Below, piece after piece: positions 15,634-24,422 of a stretch of 35,605 nt of DNA. How positions within the stretch are numbered: position 1 is the first letter of the stretch; each line of letters starts with the position of its first letter. The notes below the pieces were generated by a model. The model searched no databases and was not told the DNA's origin. It was given only the letters and a program-made list of their open reading frames with translations. The stretch spans positions 1-35,605 of the forward strand of contig JAWVGD010000087.1 in the NCBI GenBank assembly GCA_033855515.1. Reading direction: 5' to 3'. Origin of the DNA: Baekduia sp. (lineage in GTDB: Bacteria; Actinomycetota; Thermoleophilia; Solirubrobacterales; Solirubrobacteraceae). Made by a program: the position numbers and the translations under genes.

Positions 15634-16974
15634 ATGCCCGAGATCATCGACGGCGTCCCGCCCGGACCCAGCATGCCGCTGCCGTTTCAGACCCTGGGGA
15701 TGATGACCCGCCAGCGGCCGTTCCTGGAGCGGTGCCGGCGGCAGTACGGGAACATGTTCTCGATCAACGTCCTCGGCCTGGGGAGGATGGTGGTGCTGGC
15801 CGATCCGGCGCTGATCAAGCGCACGTTCACGGCCGACGCCAAGACGTTGCACGCCGGTTCCCAGAGCCCGCTGCGCCGGGTGCTGGGCGACAACTCGCTC
15901 CTCGGCATCGACGAGGACCATCACCTCCAGCAGCGCCGCCTCCTGCTGCCCCCGTTCAAGGGGCAGCGCATGAAGACCTACGAGTCGCTCATCGAGCAGA
16001 TCGCGATCGACGAGATCGAGCGCTGGCCGCTCGGCGTGCCGTTCGAGACCGCGGGCTCATTCCAGCGCATCACGCTGCGCGCGATCCTGCGGGCGGTCTT
16101 CGGCGCCTCCGGCGCCCAGCTCGACGAGCTCGAGCGGCTGCTGCCGCCGTGGACCGAGCAGGGCCAGCAGCTCTCGCGCTTCCCCCAGATCCAGAAGGAC
16201 CTCGGGCGCTTCAGCCCGTGGGGCCGCTTCCTGCGCCTGCGCGCCAAGGTCGACGGCCATCTCGATGCGCTGATCGAGGACGCTCGCCGCGACCCGCGGC
16301 TCATCGACCGCACCGACGTCCTGGCGCTCATGGTCCAGGCGCGCCGCGAGGACGGCGAGGCGATGACCAACCCCGAGATCCGCGACCAGCTCGTCACGAT
16401 GCTCGCGGCCGGGCACGAGACGACGGCGCACACGCTGAGCTGGGCGGTCGAGCGGCTCACGCGCCACCCCGAGGCGCTGGGCAGGCTCGTCGCCGAGATC
16501 GACGCGGGCGAGGGCAAGGCCTACCGCGACGCGACGATCCGCGAGGTCCAGCGCATGCGCCCGGTGATCTCCTTCGCCGGCCGGCACACGCGCAAGCCCT
16601 TCGAGGTCGGCGGCTACCGGCTGCCCAAGGGCGTCCTGATCGGGCTCAGCGCCGGTCTGACGCACTTCGACCCCCAACTGTTCGAGCGGCCTGACCGGTT
16701 CACGCCCGAGCGGTTCTACGACAAGCTGCCCGAGACGTACTCCTGGATCCCGTTCGGCGGCGGCATCCGCCGCTGCATCGGGGCGACCTTCGCGCACATG
16801 GAGCTCGACGTCGTGCTCCGCGTGCTGCTCGAGCGGGTCGAGCTGGAGCCGACGACGGCGCCCGACGAGCCGTGGAAGTTCAAGGGCGTCGCGTGGAGCC
16901 CGGGCGCCGGCGGCCGCGTGACCGCCCACCGCCGCGTGGTGCGCGAACCCGCGGAGGTCGCCGCCGCGGCGTGA
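15634..16974 (+). CDS. Cytochrome P450 (impression: CYP135/CYP138-like)
   Basis: AGHETT I-helix, EVQR (ExxR), FTPERF, heme motif PFGGGIRRCIG. Confidence 0.95.
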   Translation: MPEIIDGVPPGPSMPLPFQTLGMMTRQRPFLERCRRQYGNMFSINVLGLGRMVVLADPALIKRTFTADAKTLHAGSQSPLRRVLGDNSLLGIDEDHHLQQRRLLLPPFKGQRMKTYESLIEQIAIDEIERWPLGVPFETAGSFQRITLRAILRAVFGASGAQLDELERLLPPWTEQGQQLSRFPQIQKDLGRFSPWGRFLRLRAKVDGHLDALIEDARRDPRLIDRTDVLALMVQARREDGEAMTNPEIRDQLVTMLAAGHETTAHTLSWAVERLTRHPEALGRLVAEIDAGEGKAYRDATIREVQRMRPVISFAGRHTRKPFEVGGYRLPKGVLIGLSAGLTHFDPQLFERPDRFTPERFYDKLPETYSWIPFGGGIRRCIGATFAHMELDVVLRVLLERVELEPTTAPDEPWKFKGVAWSPGAGGRVTAHRRVVREPAEVAAAA

Positions 16975-16995
16975 GCGCGGGGACGGGCCGCGGGC

Positions 16996-17592
16996 TCAGC
17001 CGCGCACGAGGTCCAGGAACTCCTGGCGCGTGCGCGCATCCTCGCGGACCGTCCCGTGCAGGGCCGAGGTGACCGTCCGGCTGCCGGGCTTGCGGATCCC
17101 GCGCAGCGTCATGCAGGTGTGCTCGGCCTCCAGGACGACGCCGACGCCCCGCGGCTGCAGCGTGTCGTCGATCCAGTCGGCGATCTGCTTGGTCATGCGC
17201 TCCTGGACCTGCAGGTCGCGCGCGTAGTGCTCGACGACGCGGGCGAGCTTGGACAGACCGACGATGCGGTCGCCGGGCAGGTAGGCGACGTGCGCCACGC
17301 CCTGGAACGGGAGCAGGTGGTGCATGCACAGCGAGTGGAACGGGACGTCGCGCACCACGACCAGCTCGTCGTAGCCCCCGTCGTTGGGGAAGGTCGTGGC
17401 GGTGAAGTCCTCCGCGGTCAGCAGCTCGGCCAAGGCGGCGCTCATGCGCCGCGGCGTGTTCTCCAGGCCCTCGTCGGCGAGGTCGGCGCCGAGCGCGACG
17501 AGCAGGTCGCGGGCCGCGCGCTCGGCGGCCTCCAGGTCCATGTGCCGGTCGGGGCCTGACACCTGCACATCTGTCGTCTGTTCGATGCTCAC
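16996..17592 (-). CDS. folE: GTP cyclohydrolase I (type IA); start GTG 17592 or ATG 17541
   Basis: 3' part of ORF 16996..18951: LENTPRR, FHSLCMHHLLPF, GLSKLARVV, LQVQERMT, EAEHTCMTLRG, TRQEFL. Confidence 0.93.
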   Translation of the reverse strand: MSIEQTTDVQVSGPDRHMDLEAAERAARDLLVALGADLADEGLENTPRRMSAALAELLTAEDFTATTFPNDGGYDELVVVRDVPFHSLCMHHLLPFQGVAHVAYLPGDRIVGLSKLARVVEHYARDLQVQERMTKQIADWIDDTLQPRGVGVVLEAEHTCMTLRGIRKPGSRTVTSALHGTVREDARTRQEFLDLVRG

Positions 17593-17654
17593 GATGGATA
17601 CCGTACGACGACGGACCACCCGACGACCACGTCCCGCGGCCGGTCGCACACGGC

Positions 17655-19274
17655 TCAGCCCTTCAGGCCCGAGCCCAGGAAGACGATCTCGCCGTCGACG
17701 ACGGTCAGCACGACCGGCGTGGTGACCAGCTCGTCGGGCGGGCAGTCGACCGGATCCTGGGCCAGGACGGTGAGGTCGGCGCAGAAGCCGGGCCGGACCT
17801 GGCCGAGGCGATCCTGGTCGCCGGCGGTCAGCGCCGGCCGGGTCGTGTAGCCGTGCAGGGCCGACAGGCCGTCGATGGCCTGGTCGTCGTAGGCGGCGCG
17901 CTCGGGGTGCCCCGGCGGGCGGCGCAGCTGTGCGGCGGCCATGCCCTCGCGCGGGTCGCAGCGCGCGACCGGCCAGTCGGAGCCGAGCGTGACCACGGCC
18001 CCGGTCTCCTGCAGGTCGCGGATCGGGAACGCGCGGTCGCAGCGCTCGGCGCCGAGGCGGCGCGACCAGTTGTCGGAGCGGTCGGGCTCCAGCCACATCA
18101 TGTGCTGGGCCTGCATCGACGCGACGACGCCCTCGGCGGCGAAGCGCGGGTAGTCCTCGGGCTGCAGCGTCTCGATGTGCTCGATGCGGTGACGCACGCC
18201 CGGGGCGGCGCCGGCCGCGCGGTAGGCGTCGAGCGCCTCGCGCACGCCGCGGTCGCCGCAGGCGTGCGTCACGCACTGGAAGCCGTGGCCGGCGAAGAAG
18301 CGCACGGCGCGGCGGTAGCGGTCCACGTCGGGCCAGAACGACTCGCGGCCGGCGCCCTCGCTGTCGGGCTCGACGAGCCAGGCGGTGCCGGAGTCGATGA
18401 CGCCGTCGATGAAGAACTTGGCGACCTTGGTGCGCCAGCGGCGGCCGTGCTCGTCCTTGTGGGCGGCGTAGGCCTCCCAGGTCTCCTCGGGCGTGTCGGG
18501 CTGCAGCCAGTACGGCATCACCAGGCGCGTGGCCAGGTCGCCGTTGGCCTCCAGCCGGCGCAGGAGGTCCAGCGTCTCCAGCGTGCCGTCCATGCCGTGC
18601 GCGCCGGTGATCCCGACCGCCGCGAAGCGCTTGAGCTGATCGGCGCAGATGCGGTAGCGCTCCTGCTCGCTGAGCGCGGGCATCGCGTCGCGGACCAGGC
18701 GCATCGCGGCCATCTCGCGCAGCTCGCCGGTCGGCGTGCCGCCGGCGCCCACCACGACCTCGGCGTGCTCGGCGAACGTCCGCGGGCCGTCGACGCCGGC
18801 GAGCTCCAGCGCGCGCGGCGTCGCCAGGGCGGTGTGGAAGTCCATGAACGTCAGCAGCGCCGGGCCGCCGCCCGCCGCCTCGGCGATCAGCTCGCCGCTG
18901 ACGCCGGTCTGCTCGAACACGTTGTAGTCCAGGCCGAAGCCGAGGACCCACTCATGCGGGGCGCAGTTGGCGCGTTCCTGGGCGATCAGCCGCTGGACGT
19001 CGTCCAGGGTCCTGGCGTCCATGAGGTCGGCGCCGCGCGCGTCGAGCGCGCCGTGGAACGGGTGCATGTGGCTGTCGATGAGGCCGGGGACGACGGCGGC
19101 GCCGCCGAGGTCGACGGTCTGGGCCGACGCGCCGGCCAGGTCGCGGATCTCGCGGTCGTCGCCGACGGCGACGATCTGCCCGTCGGCGATCGCGATCGCG
19201 GTCGCCTCCGGCTGCTCGGGGTTGAGGGTGCGCACGCGTCCGGAGACGAGCGCGAGGTCGATCGAGGGGGTCAT
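17655..19274 (-). CDS. Metal-dependent amidohydrolase (amidohydrolase_3/YtcJ-like)
   Basis: VVPGLIDSHMH, KFFIDG, HACGDRG, RHRIEH, LGSDWPV, ADLTVL. Confidence 0.93.
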   Translation of the reverse strand: MTPSIDLALVSGRVRTLNPEQPEATAIAIADGQIVAVGDDREIRDLAGASAQTVDLGGAAVVPGLIDSHMHPFHGALDARGADLMDARTLDDVQRLIAQERANCAPHEWVLGFGLDYNVFEQTGVSGELIAEAAGGGPALLTFMDFHTALATPRALELAGVDGPRTFAEHAEVVVGAGGTPTGELREMAAMRLVRDAMPALSEQERYRICADQLKRFAAVGITGAHGMDGTLETLDLLRRLEANGDLATRLVMPYWLQPDTPEETWEAYAAHKDEHGRRWRTKVAKFFIDGVIDSGTAWLVEPDSEGAGRESFWPDVDRYRRAVRFFAGHGFQCVTHACGDRGVREALDAYRAAGAAPGVRHRIEHIETLQPEDYPRFAAEGVVASMQAQHMMWLEPDRSDNWSRRLGAERCDRAFPIRDLQETGAVVTLGSDWPVARCDPREGMAAAQLRRPPGHPERAAYDDQAIDGLSALHGYTTRPALTAGDQDRLGQVRPGFCADLTVLAQDPVDCPPDELVTTPVVLTVVDGEIVFLGSGLKG

Positions 19275-20092
19275 GGTGTGGGGGTGCTTTCGGGGTGGTT
19301 GAGGGCGCTGCGGCGTTGGGGCTTCCAGCCGGGCCGCGGGACGCTGGCGCGCAGCAGCTGCGTGTAGGCCTCGCGGGGGTGGTCGAGCACCTCCGCGGTG
19401 GGGCCGCGCTCGACAACGCGGCCGCGGTGCATGACGATCGCCTCGTCGGTGATCTGGCGCACGACCGCGAGGTCGTGGCTGATCAACACGTAGGAGATGC
19501 CCGTCTGCTCGCGGATGTCGGCGAGCAGGTTGAGGATCTGGGCCTGGATCGAGACGTCCAGCGCGGCGACCGACTCGTCGAGGATGACGACCTGCGGCTC
19601 GGCCGCCAGCGCGCGGGCGATCGCGATGCGCTGGCGCTGGCCGCCCGAGAGCGCGCCCGGGCGGGCCCGCAGCTGGCGGTCGTCGAGGCCCACCAGGTCG
19701 CCGAGCTGCGCGATCCGCGCCCGGCGCTCGTCCTTGCCGGCCTCGGAGCGGTGCAGGCGCAGCACCTCGTCGATCGCCTGCTGCGCGCAGTGGCGCGGGT
19801 CCAGGCTCGCGTACGGGTCCTGGAAGACGATCTGCACCTCGCCACCGCGCGCGCGGCGCTCCTTGGCCGAGCGCGCCGGCGTGCTGCGGTCGCGGCCGCA
19901 GGCGCTGATCGTCCCGGCCGTCGGCGCGGTGAGCCCGACGATCATCCGGGCCACGGTCGTCTTGCCCGAGCCCGACTCGCCGACGATCGCCAGCGAGCCG
20001 CCGCGGGCCACCTGCAGGTCGACGCCGTCGACCGCGACGACGTCGCCGTACTCCTTGCGCAGGCCCTGGGCCTCGAGCACGAGCTCAGCCAT
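19271..20092 (-). CDS. Peptide/nickel-type ABC ATPase (OppF/DppF-like)
   Basis: GESGSGKT, VFQDP, LSGGQRQRIAIARAL, ILDES, ISHDL. Confidence 0.95.
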   Translation of the reverse strand: MAELVLEAQGLRKEYGDVVAVDGVDLQVARGGSLAIVGESGSGKTTVARMIVGLTAPTAGTISACGRDRSTPARSAKERRARGGEVQIVFQDPYASLDPRHCAQQAIDEVLRLHRSEAGKDERRARIAQLGDLVGLDDRQLRARPGALSGGQRQRIAIARALAAEPQVVILDESVAALDVSIQAQILNLLADIREQTGISYVLISHDLAVVRQITDEAIVMHRGRVVERGPTAEVLDHPREAYTQLLRASVPRPGWKPQRRSALNHPESTPTP

Positions 20093-21080
20093 GGTGGCTC
20101 ACCTCCCGCAGCTGCCCGCGCAGCTCGGCCGCGCGGAGGCACCGCACCAGCCCGCCGTCGAGCTCCTCGACCGGCGGTCGCACGGCCCGGCACGCCTCCT
20201 GCACGTGGGCGCAGCGCGGCGCGAAGGGACAGCCGTCCGGCGCTTCGAAGGCGCTCACCGGCCGACCCGGGATGGCCGCCAGGCGGTGGACCGTGGCGTC
20301 GATCGTGGGCCGCGCGGTCGCCAGCGACGCGGTGTAGGGATGCAAGGGGTCGTCGTGCAGCTTGGCGCTCTCGCGCGTCTCGACGATCTGCCCGGCGTAC
20401 ATGACCGACGTGCGGTCGCACACCGCGCCGGCGAGCTCCAGGTCGTGGGTGATGAACAGCAGCGCCATGCCGCGGTCGCGCCGCAGCTCGTCGAGGATCG
20501 CCATGACCTCGGCCTGCGTGGTGACGTCCAGCGCGGTCGTGGGCTCGTCGGCGAGCACGAGCCGCGGCTCGGTCAACAGCATCGTCGCGATCATCACGCG
20601 CTGCAGCAGGCCGCCCGAGAGCTCGTGCGGGTACTGGTCCAGGCGCCGCTCGCCGTCCTCGATGCCGACGTCGGCCAGCGCGGCGACCGCGCGCCGGCGC
20701 GCCTCCGCCCGGCCGGTCTTGCGCAGGGTCCGCAGCGCCTCGACCATGAAGTCCCCGATCGTGCGCACCGGGTTGACGTGCGCCCGCGGGTCCTGGAAGA
20801 CCATCGCGACCTCACCGCGGTAGTCGCGCAGGCCGCCGCCCCTCAACCCGGCGACGTCGTGCCCGTCGAAGCGCACGACGCCGCCCACCTCGGCGGCGCG
20901 CGGCAGCAGCCGCGCCACCGCGCGCGCCGTCATCGACTTGCCCGAGCCCGACTCGCCGACCAGCCCGACGGCCTCGCCGGCGGCGATGCTCAGCGAGACG
21001 TCGTGCAGCACGGTCTGCAGCCGGCCGTCGACCGGCAGGCGGGTGGAGAGGTGCTCGACCTCCAGCAGCGCCGCGCTCAT
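20085..21080 (-). CDS. Peptide/nickel-type ABC ATPase (OppD/DppD-like) with Cys-rich C-terminus
   Basis: Start at MSAALLEVEHL; GESGSGKS, YPHELSGG, LADEPTTALDV, ITHDL, HPYT, GCPFAPRC...C...C. Confidence 0.95.
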   Translation of the reverse strand: MSAALLEVEHLSTRLPVDGRLQTVLHDVSLSIAAGEAVGLVGESGSGKSMTARAVARLLPRAAEVGGVVRFDGHDVAGLRGGGLRDYRGEVAMVFQDPRAHVNPVRTIGDFMVEALRTLRKTGRAEARRRAVAALADVGIEDGERRLDQYPHELSGGLLQRVMIATMLLTEPRLVLADEPTTALDVTTQAEVMAILDELRRDRGMALLFITHDLELAGAVCDRTSVMYAGQIVETRESAKLHDDPLHPYTASLATARPTIDATVHRLAAIPGRPVSAFEAPDGCPFAPRCAHVQEACRAVRPPVEELDGGLVRCLRAAELRGQLREVSHHG

Positions 21081-22528
21081 GCAGCCGCCTCGGCGGTTGC
21101 GAGGGGCGGCCGGCGCGCGGCGGTGTCCAGCCACGGCCGGCACGCCTCCAGCGCCGCGCCGATCCGGAAGACGGTCAGGTCGTCGTAGGTGCGCCCGGCG
21201 ATCTGCAGCCCGGTCGGGACGCCATTGGCGGCGAACCCGGACGGGACGTTGAGCACCGGGCAGCGCGACAGGATGTTGAACACCGGCGTCAGGAACGCGT
21301 CGAAGTAGAAGTCCTGTGGATGGCCGTCGACCTCCAGGACCGTCTGGGTGTAGTCGTCGTCGGCCAGCAGCCCCGTCGTGCCCATCGTGGGGCACAGCAG
21401 CGCGTCGTAGCGCTCCAGCAGCGCCCCGACCGGCGGGTACAGCGCGGCCTCCAGCGTGAGCTCCTCCAGGAACGTGCCGCCCTCGGCCCGGCGCGTCGCC
21501 CAGGCGGCGAACGCCGGGGCGTACGCGGTCGACGCATCGGGCCGGGCCGCGGTCTCGGCGGCGATCCAGGCGCCGAAGGCGAGGTGGAAGTGGATCGCCG
21601 CGGCGCGCGTGACCTGCTCGCGCGGGATGTGGAGGTCGACCTCGTCGACGATCGCGCCCGCCTCGCGCAGCGCCTCGGCGCTCGCCAGCGTGTTGGCGCG
21701 CACGTCGGCGTCGATCGGCCAGCTGCCGAAGTCCACCGACAACGCGATCTTCATGCCGTTGATCGACGCGAACTGGCCGGGGAGCACGAGCTTGGGCCGC
21801 AGCGTCGTGATGTCGGACGGGTCGGGCCCGGCGAGGACGTTCTCGTACAGCGCGGTGTCGGCGACCGTGCGCGCCAGCGGGCCGCAGTGGCAGTAGGTGT
21901 CCAGGTTGAACGGCGGCTCGACGGGCACGCGGCCGTAGGGCGGCTTGAAGCCGACGACGCCGTTCAGCGACGCGGGCAGGCGGATCGAGCCGCCGATGTC
22001 CGAGCCGCTGGCCAGCGTCGTCGTGCCCGCCGCCAGCGCGGCGCCCGAGCCGCCCGACGAGCCGCCGACGCCGAACTCGGGGTTCCACGGGTTGCGGGTG
22101 ACGCCGTGGATGCGCGACTGGGTGAAGCCCGCGCAGGAGAACTCCGGTGCCGTGGTGCGCGCGTGGACGATGGCGCCGGCGTCGAGCATGCGCTGCGCGA
22201 ACGCCGAGGTGTGGTCGGCGATCAGGTCCTCGTAGAGGAGCGAGCCCTGGGTCCACGGCTGCCCGGCGATCGGCTCCTCCTCCTTGACCGCCAGCGGGAT
22301 GCCCTCCAGCGGCCGCGGCGCGGGGCCACGCCCGGCGTAGCGCGCCTCGGCCTCCTTGGCCTGCGCACGCGCCTGCTCGTAGAACGTGTGGCACAGCGCG
22401 TTGACGGTCGGCTCGACGGCCTCGGCGCGGGCGATGACCGCGTCGAGCAGCTCGACCGGGGAGAGGCTGCCGTCGGCGAAGCGCCGCAGCGCCTCGGTCG
22501 CGGGCAGGTAGTGCAGGTCGTCGCGCAT
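21077..22528 (-). CDS. Amidase-signature family amidase
   Basis: Start at MRDDLHYL; PLEGIPLAVK (catalytic Lys), TRNPWN, GGSSGGSGAAL, GSDIGGSIRLPAS, NGVPTGLQI. Confidence 0.94.
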   Translation of the reverse strand: MRDDLHYLPATEALRRFADGSLSPVELLDAVIARAEAVEPTVNALCHTFYEQARAQAKEAEARYAGRGPAPRPLEGIPLAVKEEEPIAGQPWTQGSLLYEDLIADHTSAFAQRMLDAGAIVHARTTAPEFSCAGFTQSRIHGVTRNPWNPEFGVGGSSGGSGAALAAGTTTLASGSDIGGSIRLPASLNGVVGFKPPYGRVPVEPPFNLDTYCHCGPLARTVADTALYENVLAGPDPSDITTLRPKLVLPGQFASINGMKIALSVDFGSWPIDADVRANTLASAEALREAGAIVDEVDLHIPREQVTRAAAIHFHLAFGAWIAAETAARPDASTAYAPAFAAWATRRAEGGTFLEELTLEAALYPPVGALLERYDALLCPTMGTTGLLADDDYTQTVLEVDGHPQDFYFDAFLTPVFNILSRCPVLNVPSGFAANGVPTGLQIAGRTYDDLTVFRIGAALEACRPWLDTAARRPPLATAEAAA

Positions 22529-23388
22529 CAGCGTCCCTCGGAGTCTCTTTGGGCCAGGCGCTCGCCCAGCAGGTTGACGGCCACGACGACGACGACGATG
22601 CACAGGCCCGCGGAGATCGACTCCAGCGGATAGCCCTGCAGCACGCCGGCCTGGCCGGTGGCCACCATCACGCCCCAGTCGGCCTGCGGTGGCTGGACGC
22701 CGAGGCCGACGTAGGAGATCGCGGCGAAGTCGACCATCGCGTAGCCGAACAGCAACGTCCCCTGGGCCACGATGAGCGGCATGAGGTTGGGGACCAGGTG
22801 CCGCAGGCAGATCAGCGCGGCGGAGAGCCCCTGGACCTCCAGGGCGGAGATGTACTCGCGCGCCCGCTCGCGCAGCGCCGCGCCGCGCAGCACGCGGGCG
22901 ACGTAGGGCATGTAGGCGATGGCCAGCGCCAGCGTCGGCGCGGTGAGCCCCGCCCCGAAGACGGCGGCGGCCAGGATCGCCAGCAGGATCGCCGGGAAGG
23001 CGAACAGGATGTCGAGCACGGTCGAGATCACCGAGTCGACCCAGCCGCCGGCCCAGGCGGCGGCGACCGCCATGAACGAGCCGGCGACGATCGCGACGGC
23101 GACGACCAGGAAGGGCCCGGCCATCGACGTCCGCGCACCGGTCAGCAGGCGGCTGAGCAGGTCGCGGCCCTGGCCGTCGAACCCGAGCGCGTGCCCGGGG
23201 CCCGGCCCGACGAACGCGTTGGCCAGGCTGGATGCGTCGGGATCCTGCGGGGCCAGCAGCGGCCCGAGGACGGCGAGCACGAGCGCGATCCCGACGACGA
23301 CCGCGCAGGCGATCATCACCTTGTCGTGACCGGCGATGCGCCGCCGCCGCGTGCGGGCGCCCTCGAGGATCACGGCAGGAGTGCTCAT
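22528..23388 (-). CDS. ABC permease (OppC/DppC-like)
   Basis: HALGFDGQGRDLLSRL, FAFPAILL, EYISAL...G...RHLVPN, SYVGLGVQPPQADWG. Confidence 0.93.
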   Translation of the reverse strand: MSTPAVILEGARTRRRRIAGHDKVMIACAVVVGIALVLAVLGPLLAPQDPDASSLANAFVGPGPGHALGFDGQGRDLLSRLLTGARTSMAGPFLVVAVAIVAGSFMAVAAAWAGGWVDSVISTVLDILFAFPAILLAILAAAVFGAGLTAPTLALAIAYMPYVARVLRGAALRERAREYISALEVQGLSAALICLRHLVPNLMPLIVAQGTLLFGYAMVDFAAISYVGLGVQPPQADWGVMVATGQAGVLQGYPLESISAGLCIVVVVVAVNLLGERLAQRDSEGR

Positions 23389-23403
23389 GACGTCACCGCC
23401 GCG

Positions 23404-23470
23404 GTGCGAGCGAGCCCCTGGCGAGCTCGCGCACGGAAGCCGAGCCCCCTGGGCGAGGTCTTCCGCGTGC
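23404..23470 (-). repeat. Intercistronic twin hairpin sharing the GCC(C)-AGG-(G)GGC core with the 90-bp repeat
   Basis: Minus strand: GGAAG-A-CC-TC-GCCC-AGG-GGGC-TC-GG-CTTCC followed by GCGAGC-TC-GCC-AGG-GGC-TC-GCTCGC. Confidence 0.65.
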
Positions 23471-24421
23471 TCATGTCGCGCGGCTCCCCAGGGCGACCCG
23501 CGGGTCCAGGAACGCGTAGAGCACGTCGACGATCGCGTTGGCCACCACGAACGCCGCGACGAACACGAGCGCGATCCCCTGCACGACCGCGAAGTCCTTC
23601 GACAGCGCCGCCTGCACGAGCGCGGCGCCGAGGCCGTCGAGGCTGAAGGCTCGCTCGACGACCGCCGACAGCGCGATGAGCGACGTGATGGTGATCCCGA
23701 CGACCGTCGTCACCGGGATGGCGGCGTTGCGCAGCACGTGGCGGCGCACGACCAGCGGGTAGGGGATGCCGCGGCTCACCGCGGTCTGGACGTGCTCGCG
23801 GCCGAGCTCGGTCCGGACGCTCACGCGCGTCACGCGGACGACGATCGCCATCGCCGACAGCGCCAGCGCGATCGCCGGGAGCGTGAGGTGCTTGACGGTG
23901 TCCATCCCGCCGTCGCCCGAGCCCAGCGCCGGGAACCAGCCGAGGTTGACCGAGAACACGCTGAGCAGCACGATCGCCGCCACGAACGACGGGACCGCCG
24001 CGAAGATCGTCGTGACGGTGACGATCGAGGTGTCCAGCAGGCCTCGCTTGAGCCCGGCGACGACGCCGAGGCCGACCCCGAGGACCACGATCAGCAGCGC
24101 GGCGTAGAGGACCAGGTCCAGCGTCGTGCCCAGCCGCGCGCCGATGACCGCCGACACCGACTCGCGGTAGGCGATCGAGGTGCCGAGGTCGCCATGGAGG
24201 ACCACCCCGGTGATCCAGTCCCAGTAGCGCGTGAGGAACGGGTCGTCGAGGTGGTACTGCGCGCGCAGCTGGGCCACGGCCTCCGGCGGCAGCGTCCTGC
24301 CGCCGGAGAGCGTCGAGAGCGGGTCACCGGGGGAGAGGTCCAGCGATCCGAAGATCACGAAGCTCGACACCAGCAGGGCCGCCACCAGCATCGCCGCGCG
24401 TCGTGCGGCGAAGCGCCACAT
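23471..24421 (-). CDS. ABC permease (OppB/DppB-like)
   Basis: PGDP, LDDPFLTRYWDW, GDLGTS, AVPSF, HLTLPAIAL, RHVLRNA, ERAFSLDGLG, DVLYAFLDPRV. Confidence 0.95.
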   Translation of the reverse strand: MWRFAARRAAMLVAALLVSSFVIFGSLDLSPGDPLSTLSGGRTLPPEAVAQLRAQYHLDDPFLTRYWDWITGVVLHGDLGTSIAYRESVSAVIGARLGTTLDLVLYAALLIVVLGVGLGVVAGLKRGLLDTSIVTVTTIFAAVPSFVAAIVLLSVFSVNLGWFPALGSGDGGMDTVKHLTLPAIALALSAMAIVVRVTRVSVRTELGREHVQTAVSRGIPYPLVVRRHVLRNAAIPVTTVVGITITSLIALSAVVERAFSLDGLGAALVQAALSKDFAVVQGIALVFVAAFVVANAIVDVLYAFLDPRVALGSRAT

Positions 24422-24422
24422 C

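Noticed and set aside
16996-18951. Apparent 651-aa FolE fusion
   Set aside because: The extension is an out-of-frame read of the amidohydrolase gene; FolE similarity starts at about 17592.
20085-22394. Apparent 769-aa ABC ATPase fusion
   Set aside because: The extension overlaps the amidase in another frame. The real start is ATG 21080, with GGAGG upstream and an ATGA overlap.
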